Translations under genes and position numbers: made by a program
The notes under the pieces: model-generated
Databases searched by the model: none
What the model saw: the letters and a program-made list of their open reading frames with translations, nothing else
What the model was told of the DNA's origin: nothing
Shown here: positions 1 to 11,994 of the stretch, one piece after another
Numbering within the stretch: the first letter of the stretch is position 1
Layout: each line of letters opens with the position of its first letter
Assembly: GCA_965287045.1 (NCBI GenBank)
Contig: OZ336876.1
Span: 82,274,001 to 82,338,000 of the forward strand
DNA: 64,000 nt
Source: Carcharhinus amblyrhynchos
Taxonomy: Eukaryota
Reading direction: 5' to 3'

Positions 1-1443
1 CTGCATTGAACCTGATTGCAACATGGAGGAAGTCAAAGATTGAGGTCAGAATGATGTGGGAAGGTGAGTTTATGTAGTTATGGGAATATTAAGATCATAC
101 TTTGAGCCCAAATGCAAGTTTCTGCAAAAAAAAACTCAACTGTTTTATTTCTCTTTTCTCCCCTATGCTTTGCAGAATACAATATAATCAACAAATGCAT
201 TGTTTGATTTGCATACATTTCTTCCAGTGTCCCTTATGAACAGGGCCCTGGGCTGTGTTGTAGGATGAGATGAATGAGCAGATGTTCTATCTGCTCAATA
301 TTTGCATTAGAAGGTGACAAGGACTGCAGTTGAAAGTTAGCATGGTGGATTAATGAACATGGATAGTAAGTGGGAAAGAGAGGGAAGAAATATTGGATGG
401 TAGGATTATTCATTTTGAGGAAAAATTATAGTGAATGTAAAGACTAATTATTGTGGAAGACAAAACCAGTAAGAAGGTCTCATCTTTCTCATCATGAGAC
501 AAGGGGAAGGTAAAGAAAGTGAGACCCCTGCTGTGCAAAGAAATGTGGCTGCGAAAGTGAGTTTGGTAGATACTTGATTGGGTATGAGGGGAGATGTAGA
601 AAGCAATGCAGGCGAAGAAAGTAAAAGGCAAATGGAGTGAAGAGAAAAACTACTTCAATACGGGTTTTCATAGAAGAGGTGTATCAGCTGATTAAACGCT
701 TAACAGAAAAATAAAATGCTGCTGATGTTGGAAATCTGAAATAAAAATAATGCTGGAATCATTTAGTCTGGTGGCATGTGTGGTGAAACTTTTTCAGATT
801 GTGACCTTAATATTAGCGATGTAATAGTTTTTTTCTAAAGAGATGAATTGGAGGAAGATGACAAAAAAATCAAAAAGGGGAGATCTGTAAAATTGAAATT
901 AAAAAGTATTGCAGGAGATGTTAAATCACCCAAACATCAAGCTGTGTTTTTGGGAGGCTGATGGGCACTTTTGGGAAATAAACTTGAAGGGCTCCGGGGA
1001 TTAAACTGGAGAATTTGCAGCCTTTTTAAAAATTATAAAACTTAAATATTTTAGTATAACAAATGCCACAGATTTAGATTTTCATGTAGGTAAGGTTGTG
1101 CCAGCTGTTACTGAATTTATTCATATTTTCAACTATCTTATTTGTGAAGTTTCACCACCAAGAGCTAAAGGAGTGGAGTGAGTAAATTTTGTTGTCTTTG
1201 TTCATGGCTTTTGTACGTGTCATGGAGCCTTGTGGATCTCACGTAATTTAACTCAATTTTCACAATTTGTCATGTTGCAAAGCCTAACAGATCTTAGTAT
1301 TCCAACTTATCTGACTACATGAATGCTTTATCCTTTGAGTCGTTTGCTTTGCTTTAATCGTCATTCCGATTGCAAGAAATCTTTGCACTTTGTGTACTTG
1401 TTACTTACTTACTTATTTTCCTTTATATTGCTGCCTGCTACAG

Positions 1444-1527
1444 TTGATGCATTTGTAGCACCACCACCTACAATCAGTGCCTCTCCTGCTAAATCAGAAT
1501 CATCAGCAGTAATTGATCTGTTTGGTG
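1444..1527 (+). CDS. SNAP91: SNAP91/AP180 internal exon (84 nt, phase 1-1)
   Basis: ctacag| acceptor and |gtgggt donor. Translates (V)DAFVAPPPTISASPAKSESSAVIDLFG, matching the AP180 disordered region with DAF/DLF motifs. Confidence 0.9.
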
Positions 1528-2083
1528 GTGGGTATACCTCTTCAGATTTCTTAAGTTAAGTAGTCATTCAGTATCGTACAAGACTTTCTGCTGTCTAAAA
1601 CTGAAATGACAGACTACAGTGAAGGTCCGTAGTGCTGTTCAAAATAACCATTGAATAGAAATAATGTATTGAAAAGTAAAATTGTAGAACATGTTTCTCC
1701 CTACGTAATCATTGTTCATGGTCAGAATCTACTGTAGTAACAATTAAAATGGTTGGTGTGTATGATTTAAGGCATGTTGCTATGTATAAGAAACAACTTG
1801 TCACTGAAATGTACTTCAATATTTTAAGCATGAATCTTGTTGCAAGTGTATCTAAATGAACTAAATTGTGTAAATGTCAAATTACCGTGATAAAATGTTT
1901 GAAAAACTGCAGATATCCTCATGAATGGAGGATAAAAATAATAAATAGTATGTCCATTACTGAGCTTGATTCCCTCATATTTCAGTCAGAGGTCGAGTGT
2001 AACATTCTGATTATGGAAACCGGTTGGTCTAAGTTTGGTGCTTTTCTTCTTTTTTGTGCGGCATTTTTGGATCACAATACTAG

Positions 2084-2167
2084 ATGCTTTTGGCACCTCT
2101 GCTCCTGAGTCTCAGCCTGCCAGTCAGGCTGTTTCCAGTTCATCTGCTTCATCGGACTTACTAGCTG
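2084..2167 (+). CDS. SNAP91: SNAP91 internal exon (84 nt, phase 1-1)
   Basis: tactag| ... |gtaact. Translates DAFGTSAPESQPASQAVSSSSASSDLLA, close to the recalled human DAFGSSASEPQPASQAASSSSASADLLA. Confidence 0.92.
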
Positions 2168-2622
2168 GTAACTGACTTCTATTAATTGCGGCAGGGGAGG
2201 GAGAAAACAAAATACTTGAAAAATATTCCTTCACCTTGAGAGCATCAGTGCATATATTTGTGTAAATTACTTGTCAGAATACTTTTTAGTAATGCCTGTT
2301 TTCCTTGATTTGAAGCTTGCTTATAATAGTTGTAATTTTGTTAAGATCTTATTACATGATGATTTACTCCACTCAGTTAAGTGTAATTGAGACAAGTAGA
2401 ATTTTGTCTTGTCTCTGTATAATGTATCTAATTAGGATTGTATTTACTCCACCTTATCCACAGTGCTAATTTTTAGGACTGTCCAAACTGGTGTTCTCTT
2501 CTGCTGTTCACAAGAATACCCCCTAAAGGAGGCATAAGCGTTCCCAACATCATCCTTAACTAAAGGAACATGAAAAATTTGACATTGCTTTTTTGAAAAA
2601 ATAACATTTGTCTTTTTCTTAG

Positions 2623-2748
2623 GCTTTGGAAATGCATTTATGACACCGACAGCCACACCAATGCCTGCAGTCCAGAATAATGTTTTGCAGCCTGACTTTG
2701 AATCAGCTTTTGGTTTGACAGCCACAAGTAACACTTTTGATTCATCAG
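2623..2748 (+). CDS. SNAP91: SNAP91 internal exon (126 nt)
   Basis: tttttcttag| ... |gtaagg. Translates GFGNAFMTPTATPMPAVQNNVLQPDFESAFGLTATSNTFDSS. Confidence 0.93.
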
Positions 2749-4122
2749 GTAAGGAAAAGAAAGTAGTTTTCTTCTGAAGAAGTTGAAGTGAAAAAACACT
2801 TGAAAATTTACCGTTTTTGATAACATCAATAAATGAAAATAAAGTAAACTGGCTACTCTTAGAATATTAAAGAATGTAAATACACATCCTATCTGTTCAG
2901 CAAATCTCCAAGAAAAATAGGAATCCCATTTTAAATCTTCAGCCATCATTTGAGGTAAGCCCTGAGAAGAGAGAAGATCTTTGGCACCAGTGGGTCATAA
3001 ATTACATGTCTGAATATTCATGAGGGAATATTTTACTCTGACTGAAAAAGGCCTAAATGTATTTTTATTTTAATTCTCAATGCTTGCAATTAATTTTGTA
3101 TTCAAAATCAGGAAGTATTAGATAATGTGAAACCGGTCAATGATTTCATTTCTTCAGTATTTTGAGTGCAATGGGATTTTGTATAATTTTAAGGAATGTT
3201 ATAACCAGAAAATTTGACTTCTTCCAAAGCACCGTTGTATAAATTAGTGTTCTATCAGCACAAAATTAATCTAGTAGGTAAATGCCAATTTAACTTCTGG
3301 CTGTTTTGTTTGGCAAAGCTGTATGAATACTTGGGTGAGTTCTTGCAGATTCTACTTGTAATAATTGCAGTTATGTAAGTGAAAGGCGTTTTCCTGTAAG
3401 CATATTATGCAACATTTGCCAGGCCGCATTGTTGCTTAACTCACATTGTTATGCATGATTTGCTTTCCCTGCTTAAAAAGAACAAACTTAAATTCTAACT
3501 ACAGTTGTTCATTTGAGTCAAAGCTTTCAGGTCATAATGGTGCTATCATATTTTATTTCTCTCCCATTTCATGCCATCATCGTTGGCACCTTGTTTGGTC
3601 CGATTTCATTCTTGGTGAGTTTTTGCCTTAATTGTGTCTTGGCTTAATTTGTACATCGAAATAAGCTTGTTGCAGTACACTTTTTTTAACAAACTGATAA
3701 ATTGCACCTTCTTGTAAACTACTTTTCTAAATTCAAATTAATATACAATTTCAAACCAATGCTAAACTACCTTTTACATTTGTTTTTAGAACACACCAGG
3801 TGTATTTTACCTCGAGTTCAAAGTAGTCGGGACTTGCATTATGATTTTGAAGCACCATCTCGTCAGGGAGAGATGCTTTGATGAAAATATCTATTTTATA
3901 CTTGGATGTAGTTATACAGTGGTTTCAAAAGATACAAGGGATTATATAGTACAGAGTCATTTTTATATCCACGATTGGTTTGCTACAAAATCTTAACATC
4001 CAGATTAACTTGAAGGATTGTTTGTATGTCTGTGGTTCCCTTTTTTAAAAAAAACTCACATTGAAATAAACTTATTTAGATCTCCACTCCTATACATTAA
4101 CCCTTTCTTTTGATTGTCAAAG

Positions 4123-4269
4123 TTTTCGATGGATTAGGTGATCTCCTTATGCCCACCATGGCATCACAGAATCAAGCAATACTTTCAGGAATGCCAACAG
4201 GAGGTGGAACACAACCAATGAAAGGCCTGGGAAGTGATCTCGATTCTTCACTTGCAAACCTCGTAGGAA
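4123..4269 (+). CDS. SNAP91: SNAP91 internal exon (147 nt; alternative acceptor at 4138)
   Basis: tcaaag| ... |gtaagt. Translates VFDGLGDLLMPTMASQNQAILSGMPTGGGTQPMKGLGSDLDSSLANLVG. Confidence 0.93.
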
Positions 4270-4961
4270 GTAAGTTGATCAGCTGTTTGAGTATCTTGTG
4301 CAAAATTTCTGTCAGCACTTCTGTACTTTATACAATCCGACTAGTTTTCATACTTCATACTTCCTAGTTGCTATGAAGTATAAACATATTAGCCGTTGGT
4401 AGTGATCAGAATCTGAAATTGTTCGTTAAGTTATGTTGTGTTCATAAGACAGTTGAAAACAGCCAAGCTTAGCTAACATATGAGTAAATTCAGAATTTCC
4501 TAATTAAATAATTTTCAAATAAGTTTCTGTGTACTACAAATTAATAAGTAGCAATTGATATGCAATAATTCAGGAGGATTTGGGTAGAGTAGGTTATTAG
4601 GCAGAGAAATGACAGACGGTTCTGAGATTAGATATGACAAAGTTGTGTATATGCACCTTCAAAAGGAGTTTAATAAAGAGCAACATAACAAATGTCGGCA
4701 GAATTGAAGTCCATTGGGTTGAAGAAAGGTTTGCATTTATGTAGTGTTTTTCAGAACTAGTGGATAGCTTAGTGCTTTTTAGCCAATTACTTACTTTTGG
4801 AGGTGTAACCACTGTTGTAATGTATAAAATGATGCAGTTAATTATTATCCAAACTCCCGCATACAGCAATATGATGATGACATAAAAGACAGCTAATCTG
4901 TTTTATAATATTGACCAAGATGCCAGGGATAACCAGAGATGAGACCAAGATGCCAGGGATA

Positions 4962-5421
4962 TCGGAGATGAGGAGGTTGGACTATGAAGAGAGACTAAAT
5001 AGACTGGGTCTGAGCTTTGAAGGATGAGGGGGGATCTTAGAGACGTATAAGATAGTGAAAGGCATGGATAGGGTAGAGGTAGAGAGATTCTTCCTACTTA
5101 GAAAGGATAGCAGGACTAGAGGGCACAACCTCAAGATAAGTCGGGGGGGGGGGTGCAGTTTAGATCGGAGTTGAGGAACTTCTTCACTCAAAGGGTGGTG
5201 AATCTCTGGAATTCTCTGCCTGTTAAGTGGTGGAGGCTACCTCGCTAAATATATTTAAGTCATGGGTAGATAGGTTTTTGACAGACAAGGGAATTAAGGG
5301 TTATGGGAAGAGAGCGGGAAAGTGGAACTGAGCCACTTCAGATCAGCCATGATCTTATTGAATGGCGGGGCAGGCATGAAGGGCTAAATGGCCTACTCCT
5401 GCTCCTATTTCTTATGTTCTT
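4962..5421 (+). mobile_element. CR1 LINE 3' fragment, young subfamily
   Basis: ORF2 C-terminus (RGHNLKI, FFTQRVVNLWNSLP) and tail ending ttcttatgttctt. Same family as 49750-51540. Confidence 0.9.
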
Positions 5422-5562
5422 ATATCCTTGTAACTGCCCTGCTTTTCGCAATAGTGCCATCAGATTGAAGAGACAGTGGCCATCAGATATAGAAGTAGCT
5501 AGGAAACAAAGCAGTAATGGCTTGTTTCAGGCTGACAGCAAATGTACTTTGTGACCCCTAGA

Positions 5563-5996
5563 ACTGTTCTGGGTATCTGAACTTTTTTGATGTATACTGA
5601 TGACTAACACTTTGGTATATGAAGCATAATAAATTTTGCAAATTACGCAAAACTTGGAAATGTTTTAAATATCGGTAGATAGGAACAAACACCTGAATGA
5701 CATCTTTTGAAATTTAGTGCAGAAAAATGTGAAGTTTGCCATTTTGGAAGGATGATGAGGTACGAAATAAACTAAATGGTACTGATACAGCAAGCTGTAA
5801 AAGTGAAAAAGGATGCTGGAAGCAGATTCAATATTCAAAAAGGAAATTTCAAAAGATGTCATTCAGGTGTTTGTTCCTATCTACCGATATTTAAAACATT
5901 TCCAAGTTTTGTGTAATTTACAATATTTATTATGCTTCACATACCAAAGTGTTAGTCATCAGTATACATCAAAAAAGTTCAGATACCCAGAACAGT
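5563..5996. repeat. Inverted repeat, 153-bp arms (5563-5715 / 5844-5996), 128-bp spacer
   Basis: The right arm is the reverse complement of the left, with 4 mismatches counted by eye. It lies in decayed CR1 sequence (about 5600-6370). Confidence 0.92.
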
Positions 5997-6619
5997 GTAT
6001 ACTTAACAAGAAATTGCAAGTCAAATTGGACAATGAGTGGGGAACGGCACTCTAATTAACTCTTTATTTCAAATGGCCCAAATGTCGATGAACAGAGTAT
6101 AGATTTAAGTTGATTGGCAAAAGAAGCAGGGCAACTTGAGGAAAAACTTTTGAACACTGGTTAGAATTTGGAACGCATTGCCTGAGGTTAGTGGAATCAG
6201 ATTCAGTAGTAGTTTTCAAATTATGTAAATACTTCAAGGAGAAAATTTGCAGGGATATTGGTGGAGGAGGGGGACAACAAACGGGAGTAAAATGAACTGC
6301 ACTGCCCTTCAGAAGAGCCAACTTGGAGTTAATAGGTCAAATGGCCTCTTGTGCTCTCTTTTCTTGCACTGAGAATGTTCTAGATTTCGTAGTCGCATGA
6401 TGTGCACTTGGGTTGCTGTGTGGCTGTGTTTCTTTGAGGGAAAGTGAATAATCACCCTCACTTCTTGGTTCCATTGATTTATTGTATATGTAGTATATTT
6501 ACAAAGCTGTGTGCAAATGTGAGAATTATAGATTTTGTCTCTAATTAGCAATACTGCATAAAATATTGGTAATTTAGTGTCTAGTTAGTCTTACATTTAT
6601 CTTTTTTTCCTGTTCATAG

Positions 6620-6650
6620 ACCTGGGTATTTCTCCTGCTCCAGGAAAAAA
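6620..6650 (+). CDS. SNAP91: SNAP91 short exon (31 nt, phase 1-2)
   Basis: Polypyrimidine tract + catag| ... |gtaagt. Translates NLGISPAPGKK and joins the flanking exons in frame. Confidence 0.9.
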
Positions 6651-7639
6651 GTAAGTTATGTTATGCTATTAGTTTAATTTGAGGTTTTTGTCTGAAACAT
6701 TTATTTTCATTCTTTCATAATGTAAAAATATACAAGCACACCAATTTGAGGGCTCCCATAGGAGGCAGACCACCCACCCCAGTTGCTAGCCTCCATCCAG
6801 CCCCAACTGATCCCCATGCAGAGGGACCCTCCACTGATCACATCCTAAGTCCTGCCCAATGCCTGGTAGGTAGCGCTAAGGTGCCCCCTGAGCATGAGAT
6901 CTTGGCCCCTTGGGGGGGCCAGAGGCTCATGCTCGGCACCACTCTCACCACCTGACCCCTGGGGGTGGACCCTATTTCTACCCCCCCAGCAGGGGTTTTC
7001 TACTAGTTCCCTGAAAGTGCGGAGCAACTCTAAACCCTGGCAGAGTGAAATACTCACGGCAGGGTGGGAAATGCTATCAGTCCTGGAGAATTCAGTCCCG
7101 GACCCAGTAATCACATTAAAACTATTACAAACAGATTAAAATAACTTAACTGGTCTTCCCACTATTTCTAGTGTAGTCTCAATCTTGCCTGCTCTCTGGT
7201 GGTGGGAGACACGCATGCATTGGGAACGCATGTGTGAATCATGTGAAATGGCTGACACGTGCATCTCCTGACCCAACATGCTTAAAAAAAAGCACATTGC
7301 AATGGGAAAATCGGGCCCAGTGTTTCTGCTCTGTTCGTATATTTGGAGCTGAAATGTGTGACATGGGGTATGAACCAAGGTATCTCCACCTTGGTCCTTC
7401 ATGTGGTGGGGGAAGCAACTGATGGATGATTGCTTAAGTCACTTTACTGTCTGTCCACAAAGCTGAAAATGCATTCATTTATGGTATATTTTTTGAATAA
7501 TAAAATGACTGGATATTCATTTGGCTGTGTCCTTGGAGAATTATCAACTTTCCTGGAAAAGAAATGCATCCGTGTAGAAGCAGGGTTGTATAAACTTTTT
7601 GTCATCCAGAATGAAATGGCAACTGTGTGAAGTCTTTCA

Positions 7640-10600
7640 AAGAACAAAGAACAACCCAGCACGGGAAACAGGCCCTTCGGCCCAACGAGCCCACACCGCC
7701 ACTTCAACAAAACATTTTCCTACACCTTCCCTGCCCCGTGTGTGTGTGAATGGTACCCCTAATGTAGCCAGATTCAGGGAAGAATAGTGTAGGGTCAATT
7801 TGGTACACCAATCAGCCTAAGGGCACATCTTTGGGGTGTGGGAGGAAACCGGAGCACCCAGAGGAAACCCACGCAACCACAGGGAGAATGCGCAAACTCC
7901 CACAGACACTGGCCCAAATCCATGTATCTGCACAGCTAGAAGTGATAGTCACTGAGCTGTTATGGTGCCCGTCTGCTGGTCCAGGATTAAGCGCACACAA
8001 CAACACGAAAAGTACTAGGCCACTCTCAAAACCTCCAAGAGCAGCCCACGCACGACCCACCGTGTGCATGCCCCTCGTTTGACAACAAGGTGGACCGACA
8101 CCTGTGGATTAAAAGAGACAAAACATTAACATGTAATATTACATTTCCTGTGTCGTCCCGAGGCTCTGACCCTTTTTAATACCGTCTTCTATGACCCTCC
8201 ATCCCTGTTTCACTCGTGTCTATCTAAGTAAACCTTAAGTCCAACGTGCCTGCCTCCACCACCTTACTTGGTAGCACGTTCCATACTCCCACAACCCTCT
8301 GCGTGAAAAACCTTCCTCTAGTATCCAGATTATACTTCTCCTCCCTCACCCTTAGATCGTGACCTCTCGTAATAGTTGTCCCCAATCTAGGGAAAAGCCT
8401 GCCACTGTTGACTCTATCTATTCCCTTCATTATTTTATACGCCTCTGTCAGATCCCCCCTTAATCTCCGTCTTTCTAAGGAGAAGAGCCCCAGTTTTTCC
8501 AATCTTTCATTGTGACTCAGTCCTTCCATACCAGGCAGCATCCTGGTAAACCTCCTCTGCACTCTCTCCAGGGTCTCCACGTCCTTCCGGTAGTAAGGTG
8601 ACCAGAACTGGACGCAATACTCCAAATGCGGTCTAACCAACGTTCTGTACAACTGAAGCATTAGATGACAGCTCTTATACTCTATACCCCTTCCTATAAA
8701 GGCTAGCATTCTGTAAGCTTTCTTCACAACCTTCTCTACCTGTGTCAACACCTTCAGAGACTTGTGCACCTGCACACCCAGGTCCCTCTGTATTTCTATA
8801 CTCTTAATCGGTCTACCTTTTATCATGTAACTCCTCCCTGCATTATTCCTTCCAAAATGCATCACCTCGCATTTGTCAGGATTAAATTCCACCTGCCATC
8901 TATCTGCCCAATATACCAACCTATCTATATCCTGCTGTGTCACCTGACAATCTTCCTCAGTATCTGCCAATCCTGCCATCTTGGTGTCATCCGCAAACTT
9001 GCTGATCACACCATGTACGCCCTCTTCCAAGTCGTTTATATATATTACAAAGAGGAGAGGTCCCAGTACTCAGCCCTGCAGCACACCACTGATGACTGCC
9101 CTCCAGCCAGAAAAGGACCCTTCCACTACTACTCTGTCTTCTGTTGCCCAGCCAGTTTTCAATCCATCTAGCTACCTGTCCTTGTATCCCGTGTGCCTTA
9201 ACCTTTTCTACCAGCCTACCGTGAGGGACTTTGTCAAACGCCTTACTGAAATCCATATAGATGACATCAACGGCTCGTCCATCGTCAACCGTTTTTGTCA
9301 CCGCCTCAAAAAATTCTACCAGATTTGTAAGGCAAGACCCCCCCTGAACAAAACCATGTTGCATATCCCTAATCAGATCGCAGTGCTCCAAGTGCTTATA
9401 CATCCTATCCCTAAGAATTTTTTCCAATAATTTTCCTACCACCCATGTCAAACTCACTGGTCTATAATTACCAGGGTTATCCCTACTGCCCTTTTTAAAC
9501 AGCGGTACCACATTAGCTACCCTCCAGTCCTCTGGGACCTCACCTGTGTCCAAAGAAGAGACAAAGATTTGCGTCAGAGGCCCAGCAATTTCATCTTTCA
9601 CCTCCCTAAGCAGCCTGGGATAAATACCATCAGGCCCTGGAGCTTTATCCGTTTTTACGCTACCTAAAAACCCTAGCACTTCCTCCCTCGTAATGGATAT
9701 TTCCTTCAAATGATCTACAGCTCCCTCCAAGACATTACACAACACCAAACCCCCCTCTTTCGTCAATACTGACGCAAAGTATTCATTCAGGATCTCCCCC
9801 ATTCCCTCAGACTCGATGCATAGCTCCCTTCCTTTGTCCCTAAGAGGACCAATTTTCCCTCTAACCACTTTCTTGCTCCTAATGTAAGAGTAAAATGCCT
9901 TTGGATTTTCCTTAATCCTATCAGCCAAAGCCATTTCATGCCCTCTTTTTGCCCTTCTAACTCCCCTTTTAAGCTCCCTCCCACTCTCTCCGTTCCCAGT
10001 TGTTTCGACCTAACACATGCGCCTCTCTTCCTGACCAAGTCTTCAGTACCCCCTGTAATCCACGGCTCTCTAATCCTGCCTTCCCATCCTTCCTCTTTGC
10101 CAGCACATGCCTTTCCTGCAACATTATCAGTTTGCCCTTGAAAGCCTCCCACTTACCAACCGTGGACTTGCCAGCTAACAACCCTTCCCAATCAGTGTCC
10201 TTCAGCTCCCTCCTAATCCAGGTATAGCTTGCCTTCCCCCAGTTCAGCACCCTCCCCTTCGGACGGCATTCATCCCTTTACGTTTTTATCCTAAAGTAGA
10301 CAGACTTGTGGTCACTGTTAGCCACATGTTCGCCTACCGCAACCTCAACCACCTGCCCTGGCTCATTACCCAACACTAAATCCAGTATAGCCCCCTACCA
10401 TCCTGGAGTCACGCTTTTGCCCACAGAACCTCCTATCAATTCCTTTGACCCTCCCATCCCCCACCACTATCTCATTGCCAGCCCCCTTCCTTCCCTCTGA
10501 GTCATTCTGGCCCTCCTGTCTTTCATTTTGTACCCCTGTCGAAGCCTTTTGGGGGGCCAATGGGGTGGTCTTTGGACCAGGACTATTCTTCTTCTTCCCC

Positions 10601-11200
10601 TTCTTCCTCTTAACAGTTATCCACCCATCCTGTTCCTCAGCCCCTGGGACCTCCACTTGTTCATGGTTCCTAGCCATTAACTCCTCATTCTCCCTAACCA
10701 GAAATGCATCCTCTAAACACACCTCTAGTTGCCTGACCCGGGCCCTCAAATGCTGCAGCTCTAAACACTTGACGCAGATGTGGGCCTTCGGGAGACGTGA
10801 TGCCTCCAAGAACTCCCACATGTGGCACCTAACACAGCTAACGTTCCTCCCCATAGCCCCTGCCATGTCCCAACCTCACTTGGGTTTGTATGTGCCGAAA
10901 TGCAACACAGGAAAGATAGAAACTGCAACTCACCTTGTCTAAGCCTGCTCTCGCCTAAGCCCAGCAAGCCAAAGCCCTTATAACTCTCACTCAGCTCCCA
11001 CTCACTGTGCTGCCCGCTCCCGACGCTGCCCACTGTCTATCACTGTCTTCTTTTTATACCCCCCGTCTCCCTTCCCGACTAGCCCCTCGCCTAACTTCCG
11101 CTACGGAAGTAAAAAGTACTCACAGAAACCCCGCGAACCGGAAATGCAGTCAAAAAGCATTTAAACCCAACACTCTCCACAGCCACCAGGTACACTGCTC
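7640..11200 (-). mobile_element. Near-full-length CR1 LINE with internal deletion (5'UTR, ORF1, RT, long 3'UTR)
   Basis: ORF1 10866-10366 has CxxC...CxxC, a coiled coil and the start of an SGNH esterase. ORF2 pieces: end of endonuclease (LDLVLGNEP...SDH), then RT motifs [32 protein letters not shown] and FADDTK. Tail ttgttctttgttct at about 7640. Confidence 0.9.
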
Positions 11201-11214
11201 CAGAGAACATGCCT

Positions 11215-11525
11215 AGTGCACAGTAGTTGGCATTGCTGCCTCACCACACCAGGGATCCAGGTTCAATTCCGGCTTTGGGTGACTGGAGTTTGCATTTTCT
11301 CTGTACGTTTGTCTGTTTCCTCCTACAGTCCAAGGGTTAGGTCGATTTGCCATGCTAAATTGGCCCTTAGTTTCCCAAGATATGTAGGTTAGGGGAATTA
11401 GCCGGTTAAATATGTGGGGTTATGGGGATGGGCTTGGGTGGGATGCTCTGTCGGAGAGTTGGTGCAGACTTGATGGGCTGAATGGCGTCCTTCTGCACTA
11501 AAGGGATTCTGTTGTATTCTATTCT
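11215..11525 (+). mobile_element. HE1-like V-SINE with CR1-type tail
   Basis: tRNA-like head (ggttcaattcc box B), partial V domain (ggagtttgca...tttcctcc.acagtccaa), tail gatgggctgaatggc.tccttctgcact...attct. Confidence 0.8.
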
Positions 11526-11994
11526 AGTGGTATTTGCAAATAATTTTACATTTATACTGCTAACATTTCAGGAAAAAAATCACTATTGTTCCAGTTTGGA
11601 ATTGCTGTGTTGAAATTGTAATGAAAGCATTGTGACAAATTTTATTTAAATAATTTATACAATCTGTCTTCACCCTAATGTGGCTGTCAGTTTTTCTTTT
11701 GTGGGCTGGAGGACTATACCTACTATTGAAAATTTAATCCCTCTTTCAAACCCATCAAATAGATTTTATGCCTGTAAAATTTGTGAAATAGAAGTTCTGT
11801 AATATTTCTATTTGCAATAACATATTGTATTTGCAAAATTGAATAGATTCGAGAGCATATTTGAAACTTAGTATGCATTTTGTCACATTTAATAAACAAG
11901 ATGAAAGTAATTTGTTAACCAAGTTTTAAAGATAGAATAAATCATTGCATGCAAATAATCATGCCTCTAAAGAGGATTTTAATTTTTAATTTAA

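Noticed and set aside
1-69. aag|gtgagt donor at 64 suggesting another SNAP91 exon
   Set aside because: No frame gives AP180-like sequence; the region looks like decayed purine-rich repeat.
1323-1559. Short ORF-track entries overlapping SNAP91 exons (1323, 4110, 12951, 24756)
   Set aside because: They are exon read-through into introns or wrong-frame translations, not separate genes.
8764-9430. Long plus-strand ORFs opposite CR1 RT (also 10445-10942 and similar)
   Set aside because: Antisense shadows of LINE coding sequence.
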